Shown: piece by piece, positions 10,649 to 20,389 of the stretch
How the letters are laid out: each line of letters opens with the position of its first letter
Position numbering within the stretch: the stretch's first letter is position 1
DNA from: Candidatus Saccharimonadota bacterium
GTDB lineage: Bacteria; Patescibacteriota; Gracilibacteria; BD1-5; UBA2023
NCBI GenBank assembly: GCA_046350815.1
Contig: JAXLZO010000001.1
Span: 510,001-542,000, forward strand
Direction of reading: 5' to 3'
DNA: 32,000 nt
Position numbers and translations under genes: made by a program
Notes under the pieces: generated by a model
What the model was told of the DNA's origin: nothing
Seen by the model: only the letters and a program-made list of their open reading frames with translations
The model's database searches: none

Positions 10649-12001
10649 ATGCTTCAAACAGTTCGTGGAATGCAGGATATCTTCGGTGAATACCAGAGAT
10701 ATTTCACATTTCTCAAGAAAGTAGCCCGTCACGAGTTTCGTAAAAATGGCTTTACTCGTATCTCGACACCCATTATTGAATTTGAGGAACTCATCACTCG
10801 ATCAGCTGGGAATTCTTCCGATATTGTCTCAAAGGAGCTCTATAGTTTTGATGATCGCAAAGAGCGACGCCTTGCGCTTAAGCCAGAGTCAACTGCCGGT
10901 GTTATGCGATCATACTTGACGAATATGCTCGATGAGTCTCAGCCAGTGTACCTCTACTATATTGAGCCGCATTTTCGCTATGATCGTCCACAAAAAGGTC
11001 GCTATCGTCAATTCCATCAGATTGGTGCTGAAATCATCGGTGAACAAGATCCGGTGCTCGATGCGAAGATGATGCATATTGGTTGTCGAATGCTTGATTC
11101 CATAGGACTTAAAGGCGAATATACACTCAAGATTAACTCTCTCGGCAATGAGAAAGAACGTGAAAAATACCTCCTTGATCTACGAGATTTCTTCGAGAAT
11201 AAGCGTCATATTCTCGATGAGACAGATCTTGCTCGTCTCGAGACAAATCCTCTCAGACTTCTCGATAGTAAGAATCCAGAAGTTCGTGGACTCCTCGAAT
11301 ATGCACCAAAAATGGAGAGCTACCTCAAGGGTGAATCCAAGGAATTCTATGCAAAAGTAAAGATGTATTTGGAAATTCTCGGTGTTCCATACGTTGAGGA
11401 TCATACACTCGTTCGAGGTCTTGATTACTATTCTCATACTGTATGGGAATGGGTCGATGGATCAGGCCGCACACAAGATGCATTCGGTGGTGGCGGACGA
11501 TATGATGGACTCTCAAAATCACTCGGACACAAGACTGCTGTTCCAGCAGTAGGATTTGGCATGGGATGTGAGCGCCTCATAGAGGCAATCATGGATCGTG
11601 GTGTGAAGCTTCGAAACAAAGATCGAACCCACCTCTATATCATCCAACTTGGTGAGGATGCAACAAAACTCGCACTTCCACTCAATATTGCAGCTCAAGA
11701 AGCATGACTTAATTCTCTCATTTCGCTTGGCACTCCATCCATCAAGACACAGATGAAGAAAGCAAATCGTCTGGGTGCAACTTACGTAGCTATTATCGGT
11801 ATAATGGAAGCAAGAAATGGCATCTGCCAGCTCAAGAATATGGAGCTTGGGACACAACGAGAGGTGAAGCTTGATGAGCTTGTCTCACTTCTCATCTCCG
11901 AGGTTGATAAGAAAGAGTTGGATTTCTATTCTCCAATGAAAGATTTTGTTATTGAAGAAGTGATTCATTCAGAAATTACAACATCCATAAATGAAAAATA
12001 G
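10649..12001 (+). CDS. hisS: histidine--tRNA ligase
   Basis: Start chosen at MLQTVRGMQDIF (canonical HisRS N-terminus). Class II motifs: LKPESTAGVMRSY, FHQIGAEIIG, GGGRYDGL. TGA at 11705 joins track ORFs 10607..11707 and 11753..12001 (anticodon-binding domain). TAG stop at 11999-12001. Confidence 0.93.
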
Positions 12002-12018
12002 ATAGTCATGCAAATGAA

Positions 12019-12058
12019 GAAAATACAAAACCCACCATTAGGTGGGTTTTGTATTTTC
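12019..12058. terminator. bidirectional terminator between hisS and the pilin-like LRR gene
   Basis: gaaaatacaaaacccacc / atta / ggtgggttttgtattttc. Perfect long stem flanked by A/T tracts on both sides. Confidence 0.75.
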
Positions 12059-12065
12059 TAGCATT

Positions 12066-14423
12066 CTAAGGAAGATCAACGTAGTTTGGAAGTTTCACTT
12101 TATCAAACTGTGTATCTGGGTTATTGATATAGGTATTTTTTACATATCAGGATGCTGGACCATAGACGGTACCATTTCAAGGGGAATTTGTTTGAACTCC
12201 AAATGCATCTAGTCAAATGTTTGTCACACTATTTGGAATCGTCACGGATGTAAGATTATTTTTGAAAAATGCTGCTCGACCAATATTTGTTACACTATTT
12301 GGAATCATCACTGATGTAAGCTGATTTGTTGAGAATGCACCAGTTCAAATATTTGTTACACTATTTGGGATATTGATCGAAGTGAGTTGATTCATGACAA
12401 ATGCTCAATTACCGAGACTTGTGACACTATTTGGAATGATAATAGAAGTAATATTATTATTATAAAATGCATTTTCTCCACCAATACTCGTTACGCTATT
12501 TGGAATCACAATATTATCACGCTGAGCACCACCATAACCAATAATAGTACTTGTATCTTGTGATCCATCTGGATTACGAGCGTAAATGAATGCATCACTA
12601 TTTGGAAGATTATTTCTATTAAATGCTCACATGCCAATATTTACAACACTATTTGATATTACCGCAGAGGTGATACTATTTGCGAAAAATGCAAGCTCTC
12701 AAATATTTGTAATGCCATTTGGAATATTAACGCATTTCAATCATTTAAGCGCAAAAGCCGCACTTCCAATATTTACAACATTTACACCGCCAATAGTTGG
12801 TGGAATAACTACTTGTTTTGGCCCACTACTCGAATATCATGTTATAGTCCCGCTATTACTATTGAAGGTAAAGTATGATTCATCAGTGAGAGTACTGCCA
12901 TTTTGGCAATTTCCTATCATATTAAAGCTTATTCCCAAATCATGCTGTGACCCAACATAAAAATCAGTAGATACTGCAGATCCGGTACAATTATAGGGAG
13001 TAATATCACCAAGAGATGATGTACTCGTACAATTAAGATTTGCATAAGGAGTCTCGAATGTAATACTTGCTGGCATATTCGTAGTACCAGCAAGAATAGT
13101 TTGCCATGCTGAAAAAGTAGAATTTGCAAACATACTATCAATCACATATCCATCAACGGTATCATCTACGAGTGATCCAGGAGTAACAGTTGTAATAGTA
13201 ACGCCAAATGTTGCATAGAGAGATATAGTTAGTGGTCCTATATATCCATAGTAGGTATTCCCCATAATACTATACTCTCCCATGGTAAGTATATGACTTA
13301 CCGGTCATCCTCCTCCACCTCCAGAATCACCACCCCCAGAACCTGATCCACTTCCCGTACCACTATTCATCCCCAAGAGTGCCTTCTCATCAAAGCTTCC
13401 ATCCTTCAGAGAAAGAAGAGATCAAGTAGAGATATCCATGGATACATATTCATCAGCTCACTGTGATCCTACCATGATATCAAGCGTACTTGCATCACTC
13501 AAAGAGATATCTCTACTTCCTGTACCTGTCACTCCATTCTGAAGAGGTTGCTTACTTCCCTTGGAGAGAAAGATTCAGAGTCTATCTCCTGCAGAGTAGG
13601 GATATCTGGAAGAGAGATCAATGTTGCTGCTGTCGAGAGCGTAAGCTCTTGGGAGAGCTTCACGAAGTGAAGCAGAAAGCATACCTCAAAAGTCTGAGAA
13701 GGTTTCAGGAAGAGACTGCGAAGCAGTCTCTTGTATTCCTTTCAATTGTCCTCCAAACTCATTCACTCCAACTTCTTGATTCCCCCTGTTCAGATTATCA
13801 TCTCCTCTTCCACTTCATCCACCATCCAATCATCCTTCATTCATTCCAATCTTCTCATTTTCATGAAACTTTCTTCCAGCAATCTCAATACTCCTCTCAA
13901 ACCTTGGATTCTCAAGGTATGCCATGAACTGAGCGCTATCGTAGTGTTGATTGACTCGATAGGTGTAAGGAGTTCCATCAAGAGGGTCATAGATCTTATC
14001 TGATCCATACCCAAGAGGATTCACAATACTCGTACTCATGAATCCTTGGTATCCAATGAATGTTCCACTCACACTAAGAGAGACACTATCTGCTATAGGT
14101 GTAGGAAGCTTTCGAAGCTGTGCACTGGTAATTCTCGCACTCTCTGACAATGTCTTAATATCACTAATTCTCTTTCCATCTCTTGCTACTGATGACTGAT
14201 GACTCATCACTACAAACCCTATCACGGATAGTATAGAGAGTATGGTGATGACTACTATGAGTTCGGTGAGGGTGAAGGCGGAACAAGAAGAAAAAACATT
14301 TATTGGTTTTCTCTTCTTAAAAGAAGAGAAAGAGAATTTGTTTGTAAATATTGATTTATTGGATGAGGACGATTTGAATTGGTACATAGTATAGTGTGGA
14401 GAAATGATTATGCTTCTCGTCAT
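12066..14423 (-). CDS. type IV pilin-like (prepilin N-terminus) protein with Gly/Ser linker and C-terminal BspA-type leucine-rich repeats
   Basis: I walked every codon from TAG 12066-12068 to 14450: 16 in-frame TGA and no TAA/TAG. This unites track ORFs 13830..14450 and 12837..13283.
- N-terminus ...[28 protein letters not shown] matches the class III signal / N-methylation motif (F+1, E+5, hydrophobic helix).
- Mid-region has [19 protein letters not shown].
- C-terminus has about 8 units of [20 protein letters not shown], several with the IG Gly encoded by TGA.
Start is uncertain: ATG 14423 or 14387, or TTG 14450. Confidence 0.8.
12183..12830 (-). repeat. LRR-coding repeats, inverted paralogs of those at 6451..7345
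   Basis: gtcacactatttggaat recurs at about 12223, 12290, 12355, 12421 and 12490. Segment 12223-12251 is the exact reverse complement of 6994-7022 (29 nt). Confidence 0.85.
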
Positions 14424-14826
14424 TTCATCACACTTTCTTAAGAAATACAAAAAATAGCGTCATGACAATGCTATTTTGAATAGAGAAATTTTGGATTTGT
14501 GTTGTGATATAGATTTGGAGGGGAGAATATAGAAAAGGTAGACTCATGATCCATCACACCTATGTGATTCGCTGTATTTCCTACGATCAAGCTTCAGTAG
14601 TCCAGCAAGTTCCCATTGTTGGGATAAGTTGGGAATCTGTTATTTATTTATTTGTAACTTTTCAGGACAACGACAGATACAATCTAACTTTCATTGCACG
14701 TAACCTTGCTTTCCCCGTCAATGAGGAGGACCAATGGGTATCTTCTAAATAAGATTTTGCCGATTAAGCTATCTTTTCGCTTTGACAACCACTCTGAAAT
14801 CAAGAAAATGGTTTCTTATAAAAACT

Positions 14827-15156
14827 ATGGTACGACCAGCACATGATGCATGCCCACAGACGGCTATGCTTTTCTCGCTTCTTGGTAAAAAATGGATAAT
14901 TTTCATCATTAAAACACTCTCACAATGACATGAGAGTTTTAATGATATTCGACGAAGTATAGGTTCTCCAAGTGCAAAGATCCTCACCCTTCGTCTTCAG
15001 GAGCTCCAAAATGAAGGAATTGTTGATCGAGTTGTTGTAACCACTGAGCCACTTTGCATTCGTTACAGACTCACACCTTTAGGATTGGAATTATCCAAAT
15101 TCCTTTGTCATCTTTCTACCTGGTGGTGAAAACATAGTAGTTGTTCAAATAAATAG
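14827..15156 (+). CDS. HxlR-family winged-helix transcriptional regulator
   Basis: Translation MVRPAHDACPQTAMLFSLLGKKWIIFIIKTLSQ-G-HESFNDIRRSIGSPSAKILTLRLQELQNEGIVDRVVVTTEPLCIRYRLTPLG matches the HxlR pattern CP..xx.xLxGxKW...I...L....RFxxlxrxi..is.k.Lt.xLxeLexxGiv.R. 109 aa, 2 TGA. Missing from the track because of TGA. Confidence 0.8.
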
Positions 15157-15178
15157 CAAATTTTGCTATTTATTTTTG
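15149..15178 (+). terminator. intrinsic terminator after the HxlR gene
   Basis: aaatagcaaa/tttgctattt palindrome overlapping the stop codon, followed by atttttg. Confidence 0.6.
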
Positions 15179-15255
15179 TAGAAATCATCGTTCTTGCTTG
15201 CTATCATGTGAAAAAAGAATATTTTCTACTTATAATTTCGTTTTTTATTCTGTCT

Positions 15256-16725
15256 ATGGCTCTCACTCCTCGATCCCAAGATTATTCTCAGTGGTATCTC
15301 GATGTTGCAAAAGCAGCAGATTTATTTGAGTATTCTCCAACGCCCGGATGTATTACTTTTCTTCCAAAATCAGTTGCTATATGGGATCGTATTCGATCAA
15401 CCATGCAGGCAAAATTTGAGAAGCTCGGTGTTCAAAATTTATACCTTCCAATGCTTATTCCGATGAGTTTCTTTGAAAGAGAAAAAGAACACGTTGAGGG
15501 TTTTGCACCAGAGCTTGCTGTAGTAACTGTTGGTGGATGAAAAACACTTGAGGATCCACTTGCCATCCGACCGACATCGGAACTTCTCTTTTGTGATTTT
15601 TTTAAAAATCGCCTCCAATCATATCGTGATCTTCCACTTCTCTACAATCAGTGGGTAAGTGTGCTTCGGTGGGAAAAACGTACACGACCTTTCTTGCGAA
15701 CCGCGGAGTTTCATTGGCAGGAAGGGCATACACTTCATGAAACACGTGAAGATGCAAATAATTTTGCTCTCTCGATTCATTATGGTGTTTATATTGAGAC
15801 AATTCGTGAACTAATGGCAATTGATGGTATAGCAGGTCGAAAGTCGAGTAGTGAAAAATTTGCATGAGCGGATACGACCTATACATTTGAGCCGATGATG
15901 TCGAATGGATGGGCACTTCAGATCTGTACCAGTCATCTTCTTGGTCAGGGATTCATGGAGGGTTTTGGTGTGAATTTTCAAAATCGAGATGGTGGAATTT
16001 CTCATCCATACTATACCTCTTGGGGACTCTCTACTCGATCGATTGGAGGGATTATTTCATCCCATTCAGATGACAAAGGACTGATTATTCCACCTCGAAT
16101 GAGTGAATATCTAGCTATGATCCTTCCAGTTTATGGAAAAGATAACAAGGAGATTGTGAATACCTATGCCCGATCTCTCGCAGAGGAAATGACGGGCGGA
16201 ACAACAGAGGTACCAGTACAAGGAGAATATTTTCGAGCTGTTATCGGTCCAAGGGGAAAAGTACTCCTCGATCTGCGTGATGCTCGACTCGGTGAAAAGA
16301 TCAATGATTTTGAACTCTCAGGCTATCCTGTGCGTATCGAGTGTGGTGAGCGAGATCTCCAATCTGGAAAGTGCGTCGTCGCCTCTCGTATTTCCGGAGA
16401 AAAAGTGGTGATTGAGAGATCAGAGTTAACTACCACGGTGGATCATATGCACACTCAAGGACAAGAGATGTTGTTCGAGGCGAGCAGTAAACGTCTGAGA
16501 GAGAATACGGTCGCATGTGAGACACTCGAAGATGTTGGTCGAGCTATTGAAGCTGGAAAATTCGCACTCTATGAGTGGGATGGTAATCCTCAGATGGAGA
16601 TAGATATTAAGGAGCGGTTCAAAGCAACAACAAGATGTATTCCATTCGAAGGACAATTTACGGACGATCTTCTCACATTGAAAAACCCAGCGAATGTTCG
16701 AGTTGTTATTGCGAGAAATTTCTAA
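15256..16725 (+). CDS. proS: proline--tRNA ligase (archaeal/eukaryote-like short form without INS editing domain)
   Basis: Begins MALTPRSQDYSQWYLDVAKAADL. Contains RPTSE, WVSVLRWEKRTRPFLRTAEFHWQEGH, SHLLGQ and TSWGLSTRSIGGII. Track ORFs 15163..15540, 15661..15867 and 15895..16725 are all in frame 1 and joined by TGA at 15538 and 15865. Confidence 0.93.
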
Positions 16726-16732
16726 AACAAAA

Positions 16733-16768
16733 TACCCATACTCCTGATGAGTTGGGTATTTTTGATAG
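16733..16768 (+). terminator. intrinsic terminator after proS
   Basis: ataccca / 14-nt loop / tgggtat followed by ttttga. Confidence 0.6.
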
Positions 16769-16981
16769 GCCATCGCATGAATTTGCTACGATGTTTTCTC
16801 CTTTTTATCAGGGTTTGATATAACTCGAAAGACAATTCCAAAGAGTATGATCTCCTGGTATTTACTCTCTGACTGATGAGTCGTTTTTTGTTCTGGTTTT
16901 TGTTCTATCCGAACAAGGTTGTTGTCGCACATGGTCGTTCTCCGTGCAGTTGATATTGGTATGTGTCAAAATCGAAGAAAT

Positions 16982-17006
16982 AAAAAATCCCCGAAGATTC
17001 GGAGAC
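16982..17006 (-). terminator. intrinsic terminator of the clpP-tyrS operon (minus strand)
   Basis: On the minus strand: CUCCG-AAUCUU-CGGGG followed by AUUUUUUAUUUCUUC. The stem has a G-U pair only on the minus strand (a C-A mismatch on plus), which supports the orientation. Confidence 0.6.
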
Positions 17007-17137
17007 TTATTGGTGATGAGATAGATAACTACCATCGAACCTGCAAAAGTACTCCGAATTTCAGAGTACACATGCAAGAGCGAGCAAAAGCCATATATTT
17101 CATCCGTTGATTGACAAGAATAGAATATGAATTCTGT

Positions 17138-17530
17138 CTAGCTTGTCAATTCTATAATTTCTGGAATCCGAGACTGTGGTATAATTCGTACATGAATATC
17201 TGTATTTCCCATGAGATAGAGTTTTGCAAGTCTATGGAGTCCATCGAGTAACAAAAGCTTTCATTTGTTCGGCATAACATCAAGTGGGTATTGAATATTT
17301 GCGTTGAGAATTGCATGCCAATGAGATATTTCTCCTTGTGGGTTCAAAAAAGTATCCCAGACAGTGAGATTATATTCATCTGTTCATTCTGAATTCCAGA
17401 ATGGCATATGAAAATGCCAGAGAAGAGTATCTATAGGGATTATTAGTATAGGTTCATCGAGTTGCCAAACTTTCTCGGTATTCCATGAGAAATCGAAGCC
17501 AATTTCACGTATCAAGTCATTATTATTCAT
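17138..17530 (-). CDS. ParB/sulfiredoxin-like domain protein (130 aa)
   Basis: Codon-walked from ATG 17528-17530 to TAG 17138-17140, with 2 TGA. The motif LLLLDGLHRLAKLYLMG resembles the DGxHR core of ParB-like nuclease domains. Its start overlaps the tyrS stop by 8 nt (ATGAATAA). Confidence 0.6.
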
Positions 17531-18749
17531 AATTACTAGATTTGAAGTTCCCAAGAGAAATTACCCCTACAAATTTTTTCTTTCCGGATTGAAGAATAAA
17601 ACCTTCCTTGGGAATAGTGATCATTTCACTCATATCACTGTGAACTTCACCATCGATTTTGATAGATCCTCCTGTGATCGCATCGCGACATTCGCTCGAT
17701 TTTGTAAAGAAATTTGCTCGCCGCACAAGATCAAGAAGACCGATAGATTGCTCTGCAATTTCAACTCGAGCCAAGTCTGTGATCTCTGGTAGTACTCATC
17801 CCTGAATCGTTGCATCGTAGTAGGATTGAGCCTCTTGAATGGTTTCAGCTGAATGGTAAATACTCATAATAGCCATAGTAACATCCCGTTTTACAGCACG
17901 AGGATCTTCTCAAGATTGGAGACGGTTGTTGAGTACGTTAACCTCATTCATGCTCAGTCGTGTTGCAAGGGTTGCGTAGTTGAGGATGAGATCATCGTTC
18001 ATCTCCATGAGCTTCGCAAACATGGCACGAGGCTCCATATCGATTGGGATCACATTCGGTGATGTCTTCGACATTTTCTTGCCGTCTGGTCCGATGAGTA
18101 GATCGAATGTCATCACTGATTGCTTGTCTTGCCCAAATGCCTCTTGGAGTGTACGACCAGCAAGGAGATTAAAATATTGATCGTTCCCCCCGATTTCTAC
18201 ATCTGCTTTGAGTACGACACTATCGTATCCTTGCATGATTGGGTAGAGGAACTCTTGGAGGGAGATACGAATGCCAGCATCAAAACGCTTTTTGAAATTA
18301 TGACGATCGAGCATCTCAGCAACACTGAAATGCTTCGCAAGTTCTCCAACACCGCAGAAATTTACTTTATCGAGTCATTCGCTGTTGTAATAGATCTCGA
18401 TTTTTGAGATATCGAGGATTTTCGAGAGTTTTGATACGTATGCTTCGGCATTTTTTCTCGTCTCTTCCCTGGCAAGCATCGGGCGCTCGGCATCTTTGTC
18501 AGAGCTGTCACCTACCTGTGCCGTCGCATCTCCTATGAGGATGATCACGTGATGACCGAGCTCTTGGAACTCGCGAAGCTTCAAAATAGGTACCATATGA
18601 CCTATATGGAGGATAGTTCCAGATGGATCGATACCGAATTTAATGCGAAGTTGTTTTCCGGAATTGAGTTTTTTCTCGAGTCATTCTTGATCGATGATTT
18701 GAGAAACTCATTTGGTGAGGAGATCTTGGAGGGGCGTATGCGATGACAT
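17523..18749 (-). CDS. tyrS: tyrosine--tRNA ligase
   Basis: Starts MSSHTPLQDLLTK-G-VSQIIDQE-G-LEKKLNSGKQLRIKFGIDPSGTILHIGHMVP (HIGH motif). Has KKMSKT (KMSKS motif) and a C-terminal S4-like domain. Joins track ORFs 18375..18596, 17910..18314 and 17523..17774 through 5 TGA. 408 aa. Confidence 0.93.
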
Positions 18750-18758
18750 AAGAGGGAA

Positions 18759-19076
18759 TTAGTGTATATTCTTTGCGAGTTTATGGGTGATGTGATCGAG
18801 TGACAGAGCTGATATATGGCGCTGATTTCATTGGTCCCAAATCTCTCAAAAAAGAGTCGGACTTTCAGGATGTTTGCAACATGCATGTCGAAAGTCAGAG
18901 AGCATATCATCTGGTATGATGTGCACAAGACAGAGGTGGTGAGCTACTTCTTGTATACGAACAACAAGGAGTTCAAGATGTGAATCGATACATGGTATTC
19001 TCTCGGGCGGTACCTCCATAAAAAGAGCTCACTGTGGAGAAATATCGTCCGGTAGGTTTGCACTTGTGATACTCAT
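18759..19076 (-). CDS. hypothetical protein (105 aa) between clpP and tyrS
   Basis: Codon-walked from ATG 19074-19076 to TAA 18759-18761, with 3 TGA. His/Cys-rich (HHLCLVH, RHACCKHPE). Tight spacing with clpP (6 nt) and tyrS (9 nt) suggests an operon. Confidence 0.55.
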
Positions 19077-19082
19077 ACGAGT

Positions 19083-19655
19083 TTATTTCAATACTTTGTC
19101 GATCAAACCATAGGCAAGTGCCTCATCTGCGAACATAAAGTTATCACGATCACAATCTTTTCGAACGGTTTCGATGGTTTGGCCAGTATGTTTTGCAAGG
19201 ATCTCATAGAGTACCTCTTCTGTGCGAGCTATGTGTCGTGCCGCTATCTTCATATCGGTTGCTTGTCCTTCCATACCACCGAGAGGTTGATGAATCATGA
19301 TCTCTGAGTGGGGGAGTGCATATCGCTTTCCTTTGGTTCCGCCCGCAAGAATCACTGAACCCATAGATGCTGCGAGACCCACACACACAGTTGATACATC
19401 TGGCTTGATATGCTGCATCGTATCATAGATCGCGAGTCCGGCCGTCACATGTCCACCTGGTGACTGGATATAGAGGGTAATATCCGCCTTGCTATCCTGC
19501 TTTGCGAGGAAGAGAAGCTGTGCAATAACCGTATTTGCAACGCTATCATCTATAGCAGTACCGAGGAAGATGATGCGATCTTCGAGAAGACGCGAATAGA
19601 TATCATAAGCACGCTCTCCTGATGAGCTTTTTTCGATGACGGTAGGGATAATCAT
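19083..19655 (-). CDS. clpP: ATP-dependent Clp protease proteolytic subunit
   Basis: Intact 190-aa ORF. Key sequences: [54 protein letters not shown] (active-site Ser context), MIHQPLGG. No TGA codons. Confidence 0.95.
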   Translation of the reverse strand: MIIPTVIEKSSSGERAYDIYSRLLEDRIIFLGTAIDDSVANTVIAQLLFLAKQDSKADITLYIQSPGGHVTAGLAIYDTMQHIKPDVSTVCVGLAASMGSVILAGGTKGKRYALPHSEIMIHQPLGGMEGQATDMKIAARHIARTEEVLYEILAKHTGQTIETVRKDCDRDNFMFADEALAYGLIDKVLK

Positions 19656-19763
19656 AAATATTCGAATAAATATTCGCCATTATAGAGAAATTCTTATTTT
19701 TTTCATCTTTTCTTCTTGCTCCTCGGAACCTTGGTTTTTTGGTGCGGATATTTCAAAAAATGT

Positions 19764-19791
19764 TTGACAAGGAGTGGAGTTTTTATACAAT
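19764..19791 (+). promoter_or_regulatory. sigma70-like promoter of the tRNA operon
   Basis: TTGACA 19764-19769, 16-nt spacer, TACAAT 19786-19791, about 20 nt upstream of the first tRNA. Confidence 0.55.
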
Positions 19792-19812
19792 GCCCAGGCT
19801 TTCAATCAGTAA

Positions 19813-19888
19813 GCGGGTGTAGCTCAATGGCTAGAGTCCCTGCCTTCCAAGCAGGCTGTTGTGGGTTCGACTCCCATCGCCCGCTCCA
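19813..19888 (+). tRNA. tRNA-Gly (anticodon UCC), CCA encoded
   Basis: Cloverleaf folded by hand. Acceptor GCGGGTG/CGCCCGC, D arm GCTC..GAGT, anticodon stem CCTGC/GCAGG with loop cuUCCaa, T arm GTGGG-TTCGACT-CCCAT, then T-CCA. Confidence 0.85.
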
Positions 19889-19930
19889 TTTTTTTCTGGA
19901 GCATTTGCAATTCTCAAGATCGTATCGAAT

Positions 19931-20007
19931 GGGCGTATAGCTCAGTTGGTTAGAGCACTTCTCTGATAAGGAAGGGGTCCCTGGTTCGAGTCCAGGTACG
20001 CCCACCA
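19931..20007 (+). tRNA. tRNA-Ile (anticodon GAU), CCA encoded
   Basis: Acceptor GGGCGTA/TACGCCC, D arm GCTC-AGTTGGTTA-GAGC, anticodon loop cuGAUaa, T arm CCTGG-TTCGAGT-CCAGG. Confidence 0.88.
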
Positions 20008-20030
20008 TTCATTTCTGCATACGATATAGT

Positions 20031-20107
20031 CGGAGACTGGCGCAATTGGCTAGCGCACGTGCTTTGGGAGCACGGGGTTGCGAGTTCGAGTCTCGCGTCT
20101 CCGACCA
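20031..20107 (+). tRNA. tRNA-Pro (anticodon UGG), CCA encoded
   Basis: Acceptor CGGAGAC/GTCTCCG, D arm GCGC-AATTGGCTA-GCGC, anticodon stem CGTGC/GCACG with loop uuUGGga, T arm GCGAG-TTCGAGT-CTCGC. Confidence 0.88.
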
Positions 20108-20119
20108 TTTTATTGTTTT

Positions 20120-20194
20120 GGCGCTATCGTCTAGTGGTTAGGACAGCGGGTTTTCATCCCGTAAACCGGAGTTCGATTCTCCGTAGCGCTACCA
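20120..20194 (+). tRNA. tRNA-Glu (anticodon UUC), CCA encoded
   Basis: Acceptor GGCGCTA/TAGCGCT (G1-U72), GTCTAGTGGTTAGGAC D arm typical of tRNA-Glu, anticodon loop uuUUCau, T arm CGGAG-TTCGATT-CTCCG. Confidence 0.85.
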
Positions 20195-20209
20195 TCTTTG
20201 GTTCTATTT

Positions 20210-20284
20210 GGCGGGGTAGCTCAGTGGTAGAGCAGAGGCCTGAAAAGCCTTGTGTCGGTGGTCCGATTCCACTCCTCGCCACCA
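20210..20284 (+). tRNA. tRNA-Phe (anticodon GAA), CCA encoded
   Basis: Acceptor GGCGGGG/CCTCGCC, D arm GCTC-AGTGGTA-GAGC, anticodon stem GAGGC/GCCTT with loop cuGAAaa, T arm GGTGG-TCCGATT-CCACT. Confidence 0.85.
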
Positions 20285-20296
20285 ATCATTCATATC

Positions 20297-20326
20297 AAAA
20301 ATACACTCTGGAAAGAGTGTATTTTT
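20297..20326 (+). terminator. intrinsic terminator of the tRNA operon
   Basis: aaaatacactct / ggaa / agagtgtatttt followed by t. Confidence 0.7.
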
Positions 20327-20389
20327 ACATTGGTGATTTAGATGAATATCTATACAATTTGATTTATTCAATCGTATTTTCCGACTATT

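Noticed and set aside
14546-14752. 68-aa plus-strand ORF in the divergent region between the pilin-like gene and the HxlR gene.
   Set aside because: There is no properly spaced SD and no motif. It sits in a promoter-rich intergenic region, so support is insufficient to call a CDS.
15163-16725. proS appears as three separate ORFs in the track, and murC, hisS, tyrS, pyrB and htpX are similarly split. This could be read as pseudogenes or frameshifts.
   Set aside because: All pieces of each gene are in the same frame and are separated only by single TGA codons at conserved Gly positions. No TAA/TAG or frame changes are present. This is recoding, not decay.
16426-16773. 115-aa minus-strand ORF with an aaaggag-like sequence upstream.
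   Set aside because: It is almost entirely antisense to the well-supported 3' end of proS and spans the proS terminator, so it is considered spurious.
16744-16879. Two CUGAUGAG motifs (16744-16751, 16873-16880) reminiscent of the hammerhead ribozyme core.
   Set aside because: No matching GAAA box is present (only cgaaca), and there are no stems I/II/III. The first copy is simply the loop of the proS terminator.
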